DNA of 64,000 nucleotides from Dictyostelium discoideum (Eukaryota): NCBI GenBank assembly GCA_000004695.1, contig CM000154.2, positions 1,664,001 to 1,728,000 of the forward strand, read 5' to 3'. Shown piece by piece: positions 54,254 to 64,000 of this stretch (position 1 is its first letter; each line of letters starts with the position of its first letter). The notes under the pieces were generated by a model. It saw only the letters and a program-made list of their open reading frames with translations, ran no database searches and was not told where the DNA came from. The position numbers and the translations under genes were made by a program.

Positions 54254-55225
54254 TTATTGTTCGCTATGGTTGTATGTTGCGATAGATGGGTCATTAAATG
54301 TATTTAAATATTCAATATCTAATTCTCCAATTGGATTCTTTTTTGACACATGATTCATTAGATTTAACACGTCACTTGATTTAATATTTTCATTAATTTT
54401 TAAATATGATATAAAACTTTTGATAAATGAGTGTACATACAACGCACATGAGTTTTTTGTTTTTTGTTTTGTGTGATCTTTACTAAATAAGATTTTAATA
54501 TTATTTTTAAGCAACCAGCTATATAACTCTTTAACTTCTTCGTTTTCAAAATAGTTTTCTTCTGATCCTGCTGGATCATAAATAAAACAATAATAACTTC
54601 TTCTAATTTTTATTATAACGACTAAACTAACGTGCCATTCAACTATTTCATCTCCAGAATTTGTATATACAAAGAATGAGATAATATTATGTTTACCAAA
54701 ATTTGACCATACAGCATCATTTTCACTGAACATTGCACCACCTTTATTTTTAAAAAACTTTTCAGAGATTGGTTCTATTGTTCTATCTTTATCGTTATGA
54801 ATGAAATGCATATTTAAATTTGGTTCAGATGATAATAAAGAAGTTTTAAAGCTTGAACAATAAACACCATTAAACTTTATATGATTTTGTGAATGTTCAA
54901 ATACTATTTTTTTTTTTTCTTTCTCTAATTTCTCTTGATATTCTTTTATCAACAATATCTTTTGAACATCATATTGTTTTTCCATTTCCTTTTGAATTTC
55001 TTGTTGTTTTTCATTCAATTTATTTTCAAATAAATTATGCTTTTCTAATTCCATTTGATCTTTTTCTTTTTGTTGTTTTTCTCTCCATCTTTCACGATTT
55101 ACTCTTCGATATTCTTGAGTTGTTTCATCATTTTTATATTTTGTTCTTCTTTTTGATGCACGATCAATCTCTCTCTTTCTTGCTCTCTTTTCTTCTTCAG
55201 TTAAATTTGATTTCGGTCTTGCCAT
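54254..55225 (-). CDS. Protein with a C-terminal Ulp1/SENP-like (peptidase C48 fold) domain and an N-terminal basic/charged coiled region, 323 aa
   Basis: The C-terminal half reads GKHNIISFFVYTNSGDEIVEWHVSLVVIIKIRRSYYCFIYDPAGSE ... KELYSWLLKN ... KQKTKNSCALYVHSFIKSF. This fits the C48 catalytic order His(WHV)...Asp(YDP)...Gln...Cys(NSCALYV) and the usual spacing. The N terminus is MARPKSNLTEEEKRARKREIDRASKRRTKYK... Intronless. Confidence 0.5.
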   Translation of the reverse strand: MARPKSNLTEEEKRARKREIDRASKRRTKYKNDETTQEYRRVNRERWREKQQKEKDQMELEKHNLFENKLNEKQQEIQKEMEKQYDVQKILLIKEYQEKLEKEKKKIVFEHSQNHIKFNGVYCSSFKTSLLSSEPNLNMHFIHNDKDRTIEPISEKFFKNKGGAMFSENDAVWSNFGKHNIISFFVYTNSGDEIVEWHVSLVVIIKIRRSYYCFIYDPAGSEENYFENEEVKELYSWLLKNNIKILFSKDHTKQKTKNSCALYVHSFIKSFISYLKINENIKSSDVLNLMNHVSKKNPIGELDIEYLNTFNDPSIATYNHSEQ

Positions 55226-55546
55226 TTGATTAAATGTTAAATTTTTATGATGATCACTAAATTGAAATAAATAATAAAAACCGAAAAGTTTTTTTTTTTT
55301 CGATTTTTATTTTTATTTTTATTTTTTTTTTTTTAATTTTATTATTTTTTATTAATTGTGATAATTAATAGAATTTTTTTAAATAAATATTATTTGTATA
55401 ACTAAAAATATACAACAACAAAGATATTTTAATTTTAAAAATCAAAATAATATGTATGTGGTGAAAATAATATGGTATATGAAACATAAAATAAATAAAT
55501 AATATGATATATGAAACATAAAAATAATATGATAAAAACAATTTTA

Positions 55547-56254
55547 TTATTTTGGTTTTGATATTCTTTCTAAATATGAAGCATCATTTTTCATTAATGA
55601 TATTAATTCTTTGCTATATTCTAGTTTCTTTTGAAACTCATTGAATCGATGAGTTAAATCTAATCTTTTTTGTTCTAAATCAATAACAATACTATATAAG
55701 TGAGCATAATTTTTATTTTTAAAATTGATCGAATTTAAAATAATATTTTCGATCTGTTGTAAAGCGATAATACCTGATGCTTTAACTAATCTTTCATCGG
55801 TAGTTATTGTAATATTTGTATTGAATACAGTTTCAGAATCATAATCTTTATATTTGGATGAAGTAAAAGGAATATCTTTTATTGGAGAAAGAATAGTTGA
55901 TAACGTTTTTTTAATTTCTTTGTCTATAAATACTACCTCCACAATCCATAATATTGGATCGAATACATTAATTGTTTGTTTAATTGGTTGAGTTTGAGTT
56001 TGAGTTTGAGTTTGAGTTTGAGTTTCAGTTTCAGTTTCAGTTTGAGTTTGAGTTTGAGTTGGAGTTGGAGTTGGAGTTGTAGTTGTAGTTGTAGTTGGAG
56101 TTGGAGTTGTAGTTGGAGTTTGTCTTTCTAAATAATGTTTTAATAAAAGTGATTCTTTTATTTGTATTGGTATAATTACCAATTCTTTTATAGATTCCTC
56201 TAATTCTTTTTGATTTTTTACAATATGTCCACATTGAATCAATTGGTAGTTCAT
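55547..56254 (-). CDS. Hypothetical protein (235 aa) with a (TP)n/(TQ)n/(TE)n repeat tract
   Basis: ORF-track entry. The repeat is encoded by a (GAGTTT)/(GGAGTT) hexamer microsatellite at about 55985-56110. No domain recognised. Confidence 0.4.
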   Translation of the reverse strand: MNYQLIQCGHIVKNQKELEESIKELVIIPIQIKESLLLKHYLERQTPTTTPTPTTTTTTTPTPTPTQTQTQTETETETQTQTQTQTQTQPIKQTINVFDPILWIVEVVFIDKEIKKTLSTILSPIKDIPFTSSKYKDYDSETVFNTNITITTDERLVKASGIIALQQIENIILNSINFKNKNYAHLYSIVIDLEQKRLDLTHRFNEFQKKLEYSKELISLMKNDASYLERISKPK

Positions 56255-56688
56255 CCAAAAACATTTGCAATTCTACATTAAAAGCTTTTTCTGAAATTAT
56301 TCTTCAATCGGGTTTGGTAAAACCATCAGCTACAACATTAGTATTCCAACAACAAGCACCTGGTCATTTTAACTGTGGCTTTTATGCTGCATCAAACTTT
56401 TGTATTGTTGTTAAATCTATTCTCGAAGGAATTACAATTGGTCCTCAATTTCAACATGATCCAAAAAATTATTTAATCAATCCAGAATATTTAAGAGCAT
56501 TATTCAGAACAATGTTTCAATTTTTAGAAACGAATGATCCTAAATTTGTTAATGATTTTGCAAGATTACAATATTATTTTGAAGAATATATTAAAAAAGA
56601 TTGCTCAATTGATTTTAAATCATCAATTCCACTAAATTCAGGAAATATGGTTCGAAAAAAACAAATTAAACCAATAAATAAAAATTAA
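56194..56688 (+). CDS. Hypothetical protein with a cysteine-peptidase-like Cys-box motif (QQQAPGHFNCGFYAASNF). The open frame starts at 56194, and the ORF-track 'start' at 56314 is a TTG.
   Basis: The frame is open from the TAG at 56191 to the TAA at 56688 (about 165 codons). The first ATG is not obvious. Its 5' 60 nt overlaps the start of the opposite-strand ORF 55547..56254. The Q...NCG(F/Y) arrangement resembles papain, UCH and Ulp-type Cys boxes, but no His or Asp partner was identified. Confidence 0.3.
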   Translation: MPLILFDFLQYVHIESIGSSSKNICNSTLKAFSEIILQSGLVKPSATTLVFQQQAPGHFNCGFYAASNFCIVVKSILEGITIGPQFQHDPKNYLINPEYLRALFRTMFQFLETNDPKFVNDFARLQYYFEEYIKKDCSIDFKSSIPLNSGNMVRKKQIKPINKN

Positions 56689-56692
56689 TTTT

Positions 56693-56730
<38 letters not shown>

Positions 56731-56798
56731 ATTATAAATTTAATTTTTAATTTTATTTTTAACTTTTTTTTTTATATTTTTTTTAATTTCGTAAATTA

Positions 56799-57575
56799 TT
56801 GCTAAATATTACTAATATGTACACATACGAAGACTTTGAAATTATTTTAACATCACCTGTAAACAACTACCACAAAAAATTAAGTCATACAATTAAAAAA
56901 AACAAAATAACATTAAATAATAAAGAATTTGATATCATTGAAAATAATTCTATAAAATATATAAAATCAAGTGATAAAGAAGAAATAATTGGGCATTACC
57001 ATATAAATAATAATAAACATTTAAATTATAAAAATACTAGAAAACGTATAGTAGATGATCAAATTCTAATAAAATCAACAGAAATTAAAAGTTACATTTT
57101 AAAATGTGGATGCAACCCCTGCAACAAAGAAAACGATAATGAAATTAGTATTAATAGAGACGTAAAAGAGAATATAGGTCCAATAAAATTATTTAAAGAA
57201 ACAAATCTTACAAATTGTAATAATAATAATAATAATATTACTACTCTACAACCTAATATTGAAATTATATCAAGTTACAATGAAAATGAAGAAACATACG
57301 AAGAAGAAACAAATAAAAAAAGAAAATTAAATTTTGAAAATTGTTCAACATATTCCACACAATTTACTTTAGGTTCAAAAAAAGTTTTAGTTATTTCAAC
57401 TACTAAAGAAAATATAAATAATTTAGATAATAAAGAGTCTATTGTAGAAAATTCATTTTTTATTTTTGATAGTTGCCAAATAGAAAATAATGAAATAAAT
57501 AACTATAAAGAAATAATATTATCAAAAGTTAGCCAAGACCCAATGTTTATTAAATATTTAAACATGTATAAATAA
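56799..57575 (+). CDS. Hypothetical protein (258 aa), intronless, N/K-rich
   Basis: ORF-track entry. Contains CGCNPC. No domain recognised. Confidence 0.35.
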   Translation: MLNITNMYTYEDFEIILTSPVNNYHKKLSHTIKKNKITLNNKEFDIIENNSIKYIKSSDKEEIIGHYHINNNKHLNYKNTRKRIVDDQILIKSTEIKSYILKCGCNPCNKENDNEISINRDVKENIGPIKLFKETNLTNCNNNNNNITTLQPNIEIISSYNENEETYEEETNKKRKLNFENCSTYSTQFTLGSKKVLVISTTKENINNLDNKESIVENSFFIFDSCQIENNEINNYKEIILSKVSQDPMFIKYLNMYK

Positions 57576-57619
57576 AATAAATAATTTAAAAATTTTTAAT
57601 TAAAACTAGAGCATATATA

Positions 57620-58333
57620 TTAAATATATATTAATGTAACTTTTATTTGGTTTTTAGATATGTCGGTGAGTGAATTAAAGTATCGTTCAAAGTGTGTATC
57701 TTTATGCATACATAGTTTTACTTGAAATTTTATTTGATTTTTTTTTGATTTTCTTTTAATTAACAACCAAATTGAATTAAAAAAGTATTTTAATTTTGAT
57801 TGTCTATCATAATCTGAATCTTTTGCTTGAAACAAAAAAGAAAGTTTGATTTCTTCAATTGCGGTGTAGAAATCAAATATTATATAAAAACGATAACGAT
57901 TAGAAGAACTATTAGGCAATATGTTTTCTATATTGGTATACTTTAAAGATGGTAATGTTGGTAATAATAATTGAGAAATGATTATTGGAGTTATATGTTT
58001 TTTATCAAAATCATCGCATTTTGTAAAATCAATAGTGAAAATATCAACTACTGAAAAAAATTCATACTTGGTTGAATTGTACTTAACTTGTTTTATTGTT
58101 TCATAATGGAAAACCTTGGGTGGTTTATAATCAAAACTTCTTTTACCATTTTGGTCCAAAATCGGTACAAATAATGGAAATGTTTTATCTTCTAATTTCT
58201 TTGATAAAACTTTGAAAAATTGTTTTGAAACTAATGATAGATTATATATTTCTTTGTTTTTTATTTTAGTTTCATATTTTATTTTCTTATAATCTTCATT
58301 TAAATCTTCATATGATTCATCTGGTTTTGACAT
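57620..58333 (-). CDS. Hypothetical protein (237 aa), intronless
   Basis: ORF-track entry. No domain recognised. Confidence 0.4.
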   Translation of the reverse strand: MSKPDESYEDLNEDYKKIKYETKIKNKEIYNLSLVSKQFFKVLSKKLEDKTFPLFVPILDQNGKRSFDYKPPKVFHYETIKQVKYNSTKYEFFSVVDIFTIDFTKCDDFDKKHITPIIISQLLLPTLPSLKYTNIENILPNSSSNRYRFYIIFDFYTAIEEIKLSFLFQAKDSDYDRQSKLKYFFNSIWLLIKRKSKKNQIKFQVKLCMHKDTHFERYFNSLTDISKNQIKVTLIYI

Positions 58334-58717
58334 GAGACATAGATCGATTTAGATTTTTTTTATATTTTTTAAAATATTATATGAAATTTCAAAAAAGGAA
58401 AAATATTTTTTTTGTTTTTTTTTTTTCCTTTTTTTTTTTCCTTTTTTTTTTTTATAATTGAGGTGATCGCAAAAATTTTTTTTTTTAGTATTATTTTTTT
58501 ATTTTTTTTTGAAATTTTTATTTGTTTTTATTTTATTATTATTTTTTTTTTTTTTAAAAAATTATTGTTATAAAAAAAACTATTACTTTGATCGTTACCA
58601 CTATGGTATTAATCAGTGAACAGAAATTTAAAGAATTTGGTAGTGGCATTTTTGACTTCCTCTATAATAATTTTATACCAAAAAAAAAAAAAATAATATT
58701 AGTTTGGTTTATTTTTA

Positions 58718-58920
<203 letters not shown>

Positions 58921-58925
58921 GTTTT

Positions 58926-59212
58926 TTATATAAAATAATTACCATTAATTTCTAAAATACTTGAATTTTTATTATCAAACATTATATAGAATTCTCTAAA
59001 ATCTATTTTCTTTGCAACTATCCATCTATCTTGCTGAGTTTTAACGATGATTTCAGATGATAAACCACCCTCAAAATCTGCATGAATTTCATTTAATAAT
59101 TTCATTGTTTCTTTATTTAATTCTGGTCCTTTTGGTTTAATTGGTGATCTTATTGCTAAATTCATTTGATTAAAATAAATATATTTATATTGTTCATCAA
59201 AACTATAATAAT

Positions 59213-59249
<37 letters not shown>

Positions 59250-59568
59250 TTAATAAATTAATTATTATTATTATTAGTATTTCCTATCTTACTTTGCTTT
59301 TTTTGCATAATGTTGTTCTAAAGTTAGATTTACAAATTCGAAATTTTGAACCAATGAAGCTGATAAATCTTCAAATGGTAATTGAGGTAAATCAGATGGA
59401 TCAATTAAGAATAATAAAAATGTATCCTTTTGTTCATATACAATCATTGCTTGTGGTTTACCACCTAACCATACCATTGGTAATGAATCTTTTTGTATCA
59501 TAAACCCTGTTCTTACACTATACAGTTTATTAATTATTTAATTATTAGTAGTAAATAATTAATATTTA

Positions 59569-59643
<75 letters not shown>

Positions 59644-60290
59644 AATATACCCTTTAGTTTGCCAAATTGGTATATTATTTGAATTATTTTTAACGATCAT
59701 TGAATTTGAAGAATTAATATCAGGACCAACTTTAACCATATTGATGAGATAGTTATAGAGTATTCTAGTTTCATTTTGTTCTAAAGATGATAGAATTAAA
59801 TTATCTTTATACAAGACTAACCCAAAACGAAATGAAGATAGAGTCGATTGAAAATGTAAATCCACAGAATTGATATAACCAAATATTGTTAAATAAACAT
59901 TCTTATTTAATGGTAAGAATTTAATACCATCTAATGAAGTGAATAAATCTAATTGATCGAATTGAATTTGTTGTATGTATGGTTTAACGAATGATTCTAA
60001 TCGTTTTCTAACATTGTCATAAGATGTTTTCGATGCTAATGACATGATACTACCATTGAATGTTTGCCAAGTCTGATAGATTTGTTGTATAGTTTTCATC
60101 AATATTATATCATCAACCTCATCCTCTATATACTCTCTCTTATTATCTTTACCTGTTATACCTGTTGGATTATAAACTGATAATACCATCCATATATCCT
60201 CCTCTGGATGTAATAATGCTAATGTACTCTTCTTTGTATGTATAAATTCACATGGTTGACCTGGTGAAAATTGTCTTTATTATCATTGTA

Positions 60291-60348
<58 letters not shown>

Positions 60349-60610
60349 GTTATTGTTATTATTGTTAATATATTCATTATTTATATATTATTATTTTTAT
60401 ATTTTATTAAAAATGAAATGAAATGAAAATTTACTTTGTAAATAAAACATATGCTTCGGAAATACCAACTGAATTAGTTTGTTCACCAATATTAATTGTT
60501 GGTGGATAGAAAAATAATATCTTTTCATGTTCTGTACCCTCTTTTTGACCCAATTTGGAACAATATATAACAAAATAATGTAATGAGGTTTCAACTATTG
60601 GCACTGACAT
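58926..60610 (-). CDS. CCZ1 homolog (subunit of the Mon1-Ccz1 Rab7 guanine-nucleotide exchange factor complex). Four exons: 60435..60610, 59651..60274, 59293..59517 and 58926..59202.
   Basis: The N-terminal longin-like region is MSVPIVETSLHYFVIYCSKLGQKEGTEHEKILFFYPP...VGISEAYVLFTK|QFSPGQPCEFIHTKK...EDIWMVLSVYNPTGITGKDNKREYIEDEVDDI...FNGSI...LYKDNLILSSLEQNETRILYNYL. It is colinear with human CCZ1 (FWMVMVVRNP..., LYNDQLIWSGLEQDDMRILYKYL). The C-terminal exons match KFIYFNHMNLAEK... and ...IIVKAMSDYWVVGKK... Introns GTAAAT, GTATAT and GTAAGA, with phases checked. The (AAT)n at 59570-59640 is intronic. Confidence 0.82.
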
Positions 60611-61668
60611 TCTTTATTTATTTATTTATTTATTTATTTTATTTTATTTATTTATTTATTTTTTTATATTGATCGTTTGAAAAAAAAAAAGAAAAAAGAA
60701 AGTGTAGTGTTGGTAGAGTGTAAATGTTCGTTATTGAGATTGAAGGTGTTTAAAAAGTCTATTTTACATGTATTGCACTATTATCTTTTTTTTTAATTTT
60801 TTTTTTTTTTTTTTTTAAGCGAAAAAATAAAATAAAATTAAAAAAAAAATTTGAAAAATAAAATAAATTTTTTTTTTTAATTTTTTACCTCTCCCACTTT
60901 CAATAAATATCTTTTTTTTTTTTTTTTACTATTTCAGCTGGTTGATATTTTGAATTTTTTTTTTCTTTTTTTAGATAATTTGATGTTTATTAATAGTAAA
61001 AACAAATAGTTTTAAAATTAAACAAAAATAATAAAATAAAATAGTATTATAAGGTTTATATTATTTGAGAAATAAAAAAATATTATCTTTTTTTTTTAAT
61101 TTTTTTTTTTTTTTTTTTTTAATTTTAAATGCTGAGTTTCAGTCATACAAAAAAAAAAAAAAAATAAATAAAATTAAAATATGATAATTTTAATTTTTTT
61201 TTGTTTTAATTTTTGATATAGATATTGATTATTTTAGTGTGTTATTTATTATTTTATGATAGAGGTGGAAATTTTCAAGTTGGTAAATAAAAAAAAAAAA
61301 AAAAAAATAAGAAAAAATAATTACCTTTTCAAGAATTTAATTCCAACCCCAAAGAAATCGAAATTAAATAATATTAATCAAAAAATAAAAATTAAAAAAT
61401 GAGGTTTAACATCTTTATTAATTAATTTAATTTTATAATACATGAAATACATTTTTAATTTGATACTTTTGTTTCAAAATTTAAAATATTATTTACATTT
61501 TTAATTTTTTTTTACAAAACAAAAATATGAATTTTCTTGGTTTTAATAACACAAAATAAAATAATTTTTTTTTTTTTTAATTTTTTTTTTTCTATCTCTA
61601 CGAATAACCTTTAAATTGTTATAAATGGGGAAAACCTAAAAAAAAAAAAAAAAAAAAAAATTCTCTGA

Positions 61669-61750
61669 AAATGAAAATTGCCAAGATAATTGTGACCACT
61701 ACCAAACTGCACTCTGGGTCCCATTTATGTTTTTTGGGATAGGGTTTAAA
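61669..61750. repeat. Copy 1 of a diverged direct repeat of about 80 bp (tgaaaattgccaagataattgtgaccac...aactgcactctgggtcccatttatgttttttgggatagggtttaaaaaaaa)
   Basis: Copy 2 at 62419..62498 is about 80% identical by eye. Both follow long poly-A runs. Confidence 0.6.
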
Positions 61751-61816
61751 AAAAATAAAAAAAACCTAAAAAAATATCTCCTAATAATTATAACATCATT
61801 GATTAATTAAAAAATT

Positions 61817-61854
<38 letters not shown>

Positions 61855-61981
61855 TTTTATTAATATCAGATTTATTTAACACAACTTCATTTAAAAATAA
61901 AAGCTTTTTTAAAATATTAAGTTATATCTTTTTTAAAAAAAAAAAAAAATAACTTAAATTGGAGACTCTTTTATACTGAAA

Positions 61982-62170
61982 ATGATTTCCCAAGTTCTTA
62001 AATTTAAGGGTATCGTTTATAAAGTGCAGATTTCAGAGTTAAGAATCAAGATTAGTAGAGATCTATTGATGGAATTAATTTTTGAAAAACTAATGGAAAA
62101 TGCAAAATTAAATAAAGAATTAGAACTTTTAAAAAATGAAATTCATGAAATCAAAAATTCACTAAAATAA
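61982..62170 (+). CDS. Small ORF (62 aa, coiled-coil-like MISQVLKFKGIVYKVQISELRIKISRDLLMELIFEKLMENAKLNKELELLKNEIHEIKNSLK) lying between the two repeat copies
   Basis: ORF-track entry with a true ATG start and Dictyostelium-like codon usage. No similarity recognised. Confidence 0.3.
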   Translation: MISQVLKFKGIVYKVQISELRIKISRDLLMELIFEKLMENAKLNKELELLKNEIHEIKNSLK

Positions 62171-62309
62171 AATAAAACAAAAAAAAAAAAGCAATAAAAT
62201 TTAAAAAATTATTAATATTAATTTTATATAGTATTTTTAAAAATATTCAATTATTTAATCCACTTATTTTTGAAAAATTTATTTTGGGAAAGTTTTGAAT
62301 TAATTAGAT

Positions 62310-62381
<72 letters not shown>

Positions 62382-62418
62382 TAATTTTTTTTTTTTTTTA
62401 ATATGTATTAAAATTCTT

Positions 62419-62498
62419 TGAAAATTGCCAAGATAATTATGACCAAACTGCACTATAGACCTTTTTTGTTTTTTTAGAATAAGGTTTAAAAAAAAATT
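62419..62498. repeat. Copy 2 of the direct repeat of about 80 bp (tgaaaattgccaagataattatgaccaaactgcactatagacc...ttagaataaggtttaaaaaaaaa)
   Basis: See copy 1. Confidence 0.6.
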
Positions 62499-62760
62499 AA
62501 AAAAAAATAATAAAAAATAAAAAAAAAAAAAAATAAAAAATGAGATTTTTTTTTTTTTTTTTTTTTTGGGGAATGTTGACAAAATAATTACTTAATTCAA
62601 CACCTATGAAATATGTGTTCCTTAAAAAGTTTAACGAAACCATAACGATCTCATAAGCTAATTCTCTTTTTGTTCAAAAAGAAGGGAAAGTTTGATATCA
62701 TTTCTTTGTTTTTTTTTTTTTTTTGCTATGAATTAACAAAGATTCGGTTGTAGCCAATAC

Positions 62761-62798
<38 letters not shown>

Positions 62799-62933
62799 CG
62801 TCTAAAACAAATATGTATAAATAGAATTAATATTTTTTTTTATTTTCATTATCAAATACAAAAGCAAAAACAAAAATAAAAATAAATATAATTTTCATAT
62901 TATAAATAAAAAAAATAAAATAAAAAATAAAAA

Positions 62934-63065
62934 ATGGAACCAATTTTAAATTCAAATGAAGGTAAACAAGTTTGGTATATTACAGGTAAGTGTTAAATCT
63001 TTTTATTTTAATCATAATTTTTTTTTTTTTTTTATTTTCTTTTTTACTTATTGATTCCAAATCTT

Positions 63066-63103
<38 letters not shown>

Positions 63104-64000
63104 GTATTGATTAAATAAATCAAAGGTTGTACAAGTGGAACTGGTTTATCTTTAGCCAAAAAATTGTTATCATTAGGACATAGTGTTGCTGGTACTACAA
63201 GAGATATTAATAAATTAAAACAATTGAGTATTTTTAATGATAAATCATTTTTGGGATTACAAGTTGATATTGTTTCCAGTAAATCAGTTAGAGAATCAAT
63301 TGAAAAAACTATTGAGCATTTTGGTGAATTAACCCATGTAATCAATAATGCAGGATATGGAATTGTAGGCTCCGTTGAAGAAGTATCAGAAGAAGAAGAC
63401 AAGAAATTAATGGATGCCCTTTACTTTGGTAGGTTTCAAAAAAAAAAATCCATTGTCAAAAAAAAAAAAAAAAAAAAAAAAAAGTATTAATTTTTTAATT
63501 TTTTATATTAATATATATATAGGTCCTTTAAATGTTATTCGTTCAGTTTTACCTTATTTCAGATCAAGAAACAATGGTTACATTTTTAATGTAAGTTCAA
63601 TTGCTGGTATTAAAGGCTATCCAAGATTTGGTAATTATAGTGGTGCTAAATTCGCATTGGTTGGTTTAACTGAATCATTAGCACAAGATGTTTTACCATT
63701 TAATATTAAAGTTTCATGTATTGTACTTGGTTATATTGCTACCGGTTTCCAAAGTGCAAATGATTATTGTAAAAATTTAATTCCAGAATATCAAAGTCGT
63801 CAAATATTTGGTTCAATAATGAAACATATTGAAGAAACTGTAACTGCTGGTGACCCTGATAAAGTTGCTGATGTTATCATTGAAAACTCTACCAAATCTG
63901 AATTACCATATAATCTTTTCGTTGGTCCACTAAGTACTTTTGAAATGGCTGAATCTAAAGTCAATGAAATTACTCAACAAATTCAATCTCAAAGAGAAAG
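62934..64000 (+). CDS. Short-chain dehydrogenase/reductase (SDR) family oxidoreductase, 3'-partial (runs off the window). Exons 62934..62985, 63126..63428 and 63523..64000+.
   Basis: MEPILNSNEGKQVWYITG|GCTSGTGLSLAKKLLSLGH gives the TGxxxGxG motif. NNAGYG is the NNAG motif. GNYSGAKFAL is the YxxxK active site. Introns GTAAGT...caaag and GTAGGT...atatatag, with phases checked against ORF 63164. The frame is open to the last base. Confidence 0.8.

Noticed and set aside
59566-59650. Poly-Asn C terminus of ORF 59566..60189 (…IWQTKGYIYNNNNNN…)
   Set aside because: Comparison with CCZ1 orthologues and a GTATAT donor immediately after …QTKG show that the (AAT)n tract is intronic (intron 59518-59650), not coding.

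Overview
The window looks like Dictyostelium-type (social amoeba) nuclear chromosomal DNA, not a prokaryotic locus. It is about 75-80% A+T overall, with long poly-A/T tracts and (AAT)/(ATT)/(TTA) microsatellites. Coding regions carry poly-N/poly-Q tracts. Introns are short (about 70-160 bp) and AT-rich, with GTAAGT/GTATGT donors and AG acceptors. There are two runs of about 100 N that are assembly gaps. CRISPR, operon and tRNA-style features were therefore not pursued; no tRNA-like GC islands were seen.

About 25 protein-coding genes are supported, most split by one to three introns whose boundaries I worked out by hand (treat them as plus or minus a few nt). The ORF track accepts TTG/GTG starts, so some 'M' residues in it are artefactual.

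Genes recognised with reasonable confidence:
- RNase P/MRP subunit Rpp29/Pop4
- a roughly 1916-aa Nup210/gp210-like nuclear pore membrane glycoprotein (4 exons)
- trimethylguanosine synthase TGS1
- replication termination factor Rtf2
- a Puf-A/PUM3 pumilio-family protein
- a WD40 protein
- a cathepsin B-like cysteine protease (4 exons)
- bystin
- strumpellin/WASHC5 (4 exons, about 1164 aa)
- villidin (vilA; coronin-like WD repeats plus gelsolin repeats plus villin headpiece; about 1704 aa)
- CCZ1 (4 exons)
- a short-chain dehydrogenase/reductase (SDR) oxidoreductase, partial at the 3' edge

Observations worth a second look:
- a P-loop NTPase-like locus (23.1-25.3 kb) broken by in-frame TAG stops and a frameshift, probably a pseudogene
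- an unannotated-looking two-exon mini-gene at 42.2-42.7 kb encoding a 122-aa protein with a KEN box and a D-box-like motif, a candidate securin-like APC/C substrate
- a saposin-like (amoebapore-like) gene at 44.0-44.5 kb with the four-cysteine spacing intact but an apparent frameshift and an in-frame TGA
- a compositionally atypical, intronless ORF island at 53.0-58.4 kb that includes a Ulp1/C48-like peptidase domain
- a pair of diverged direct repeats of about 80 bp bracketing a small ORF at 61.7-62.5 kb
- a 4.6-kb gene desert at 37.6-42.2 kb
- CA-rich and palindromic non-coding motifs

No single obviously novel multi-gene 'system' could be demonstrated from sequence alone. The strongest candidates are the atypical 53-58 kb island and the KEN/D-box mini-gene.
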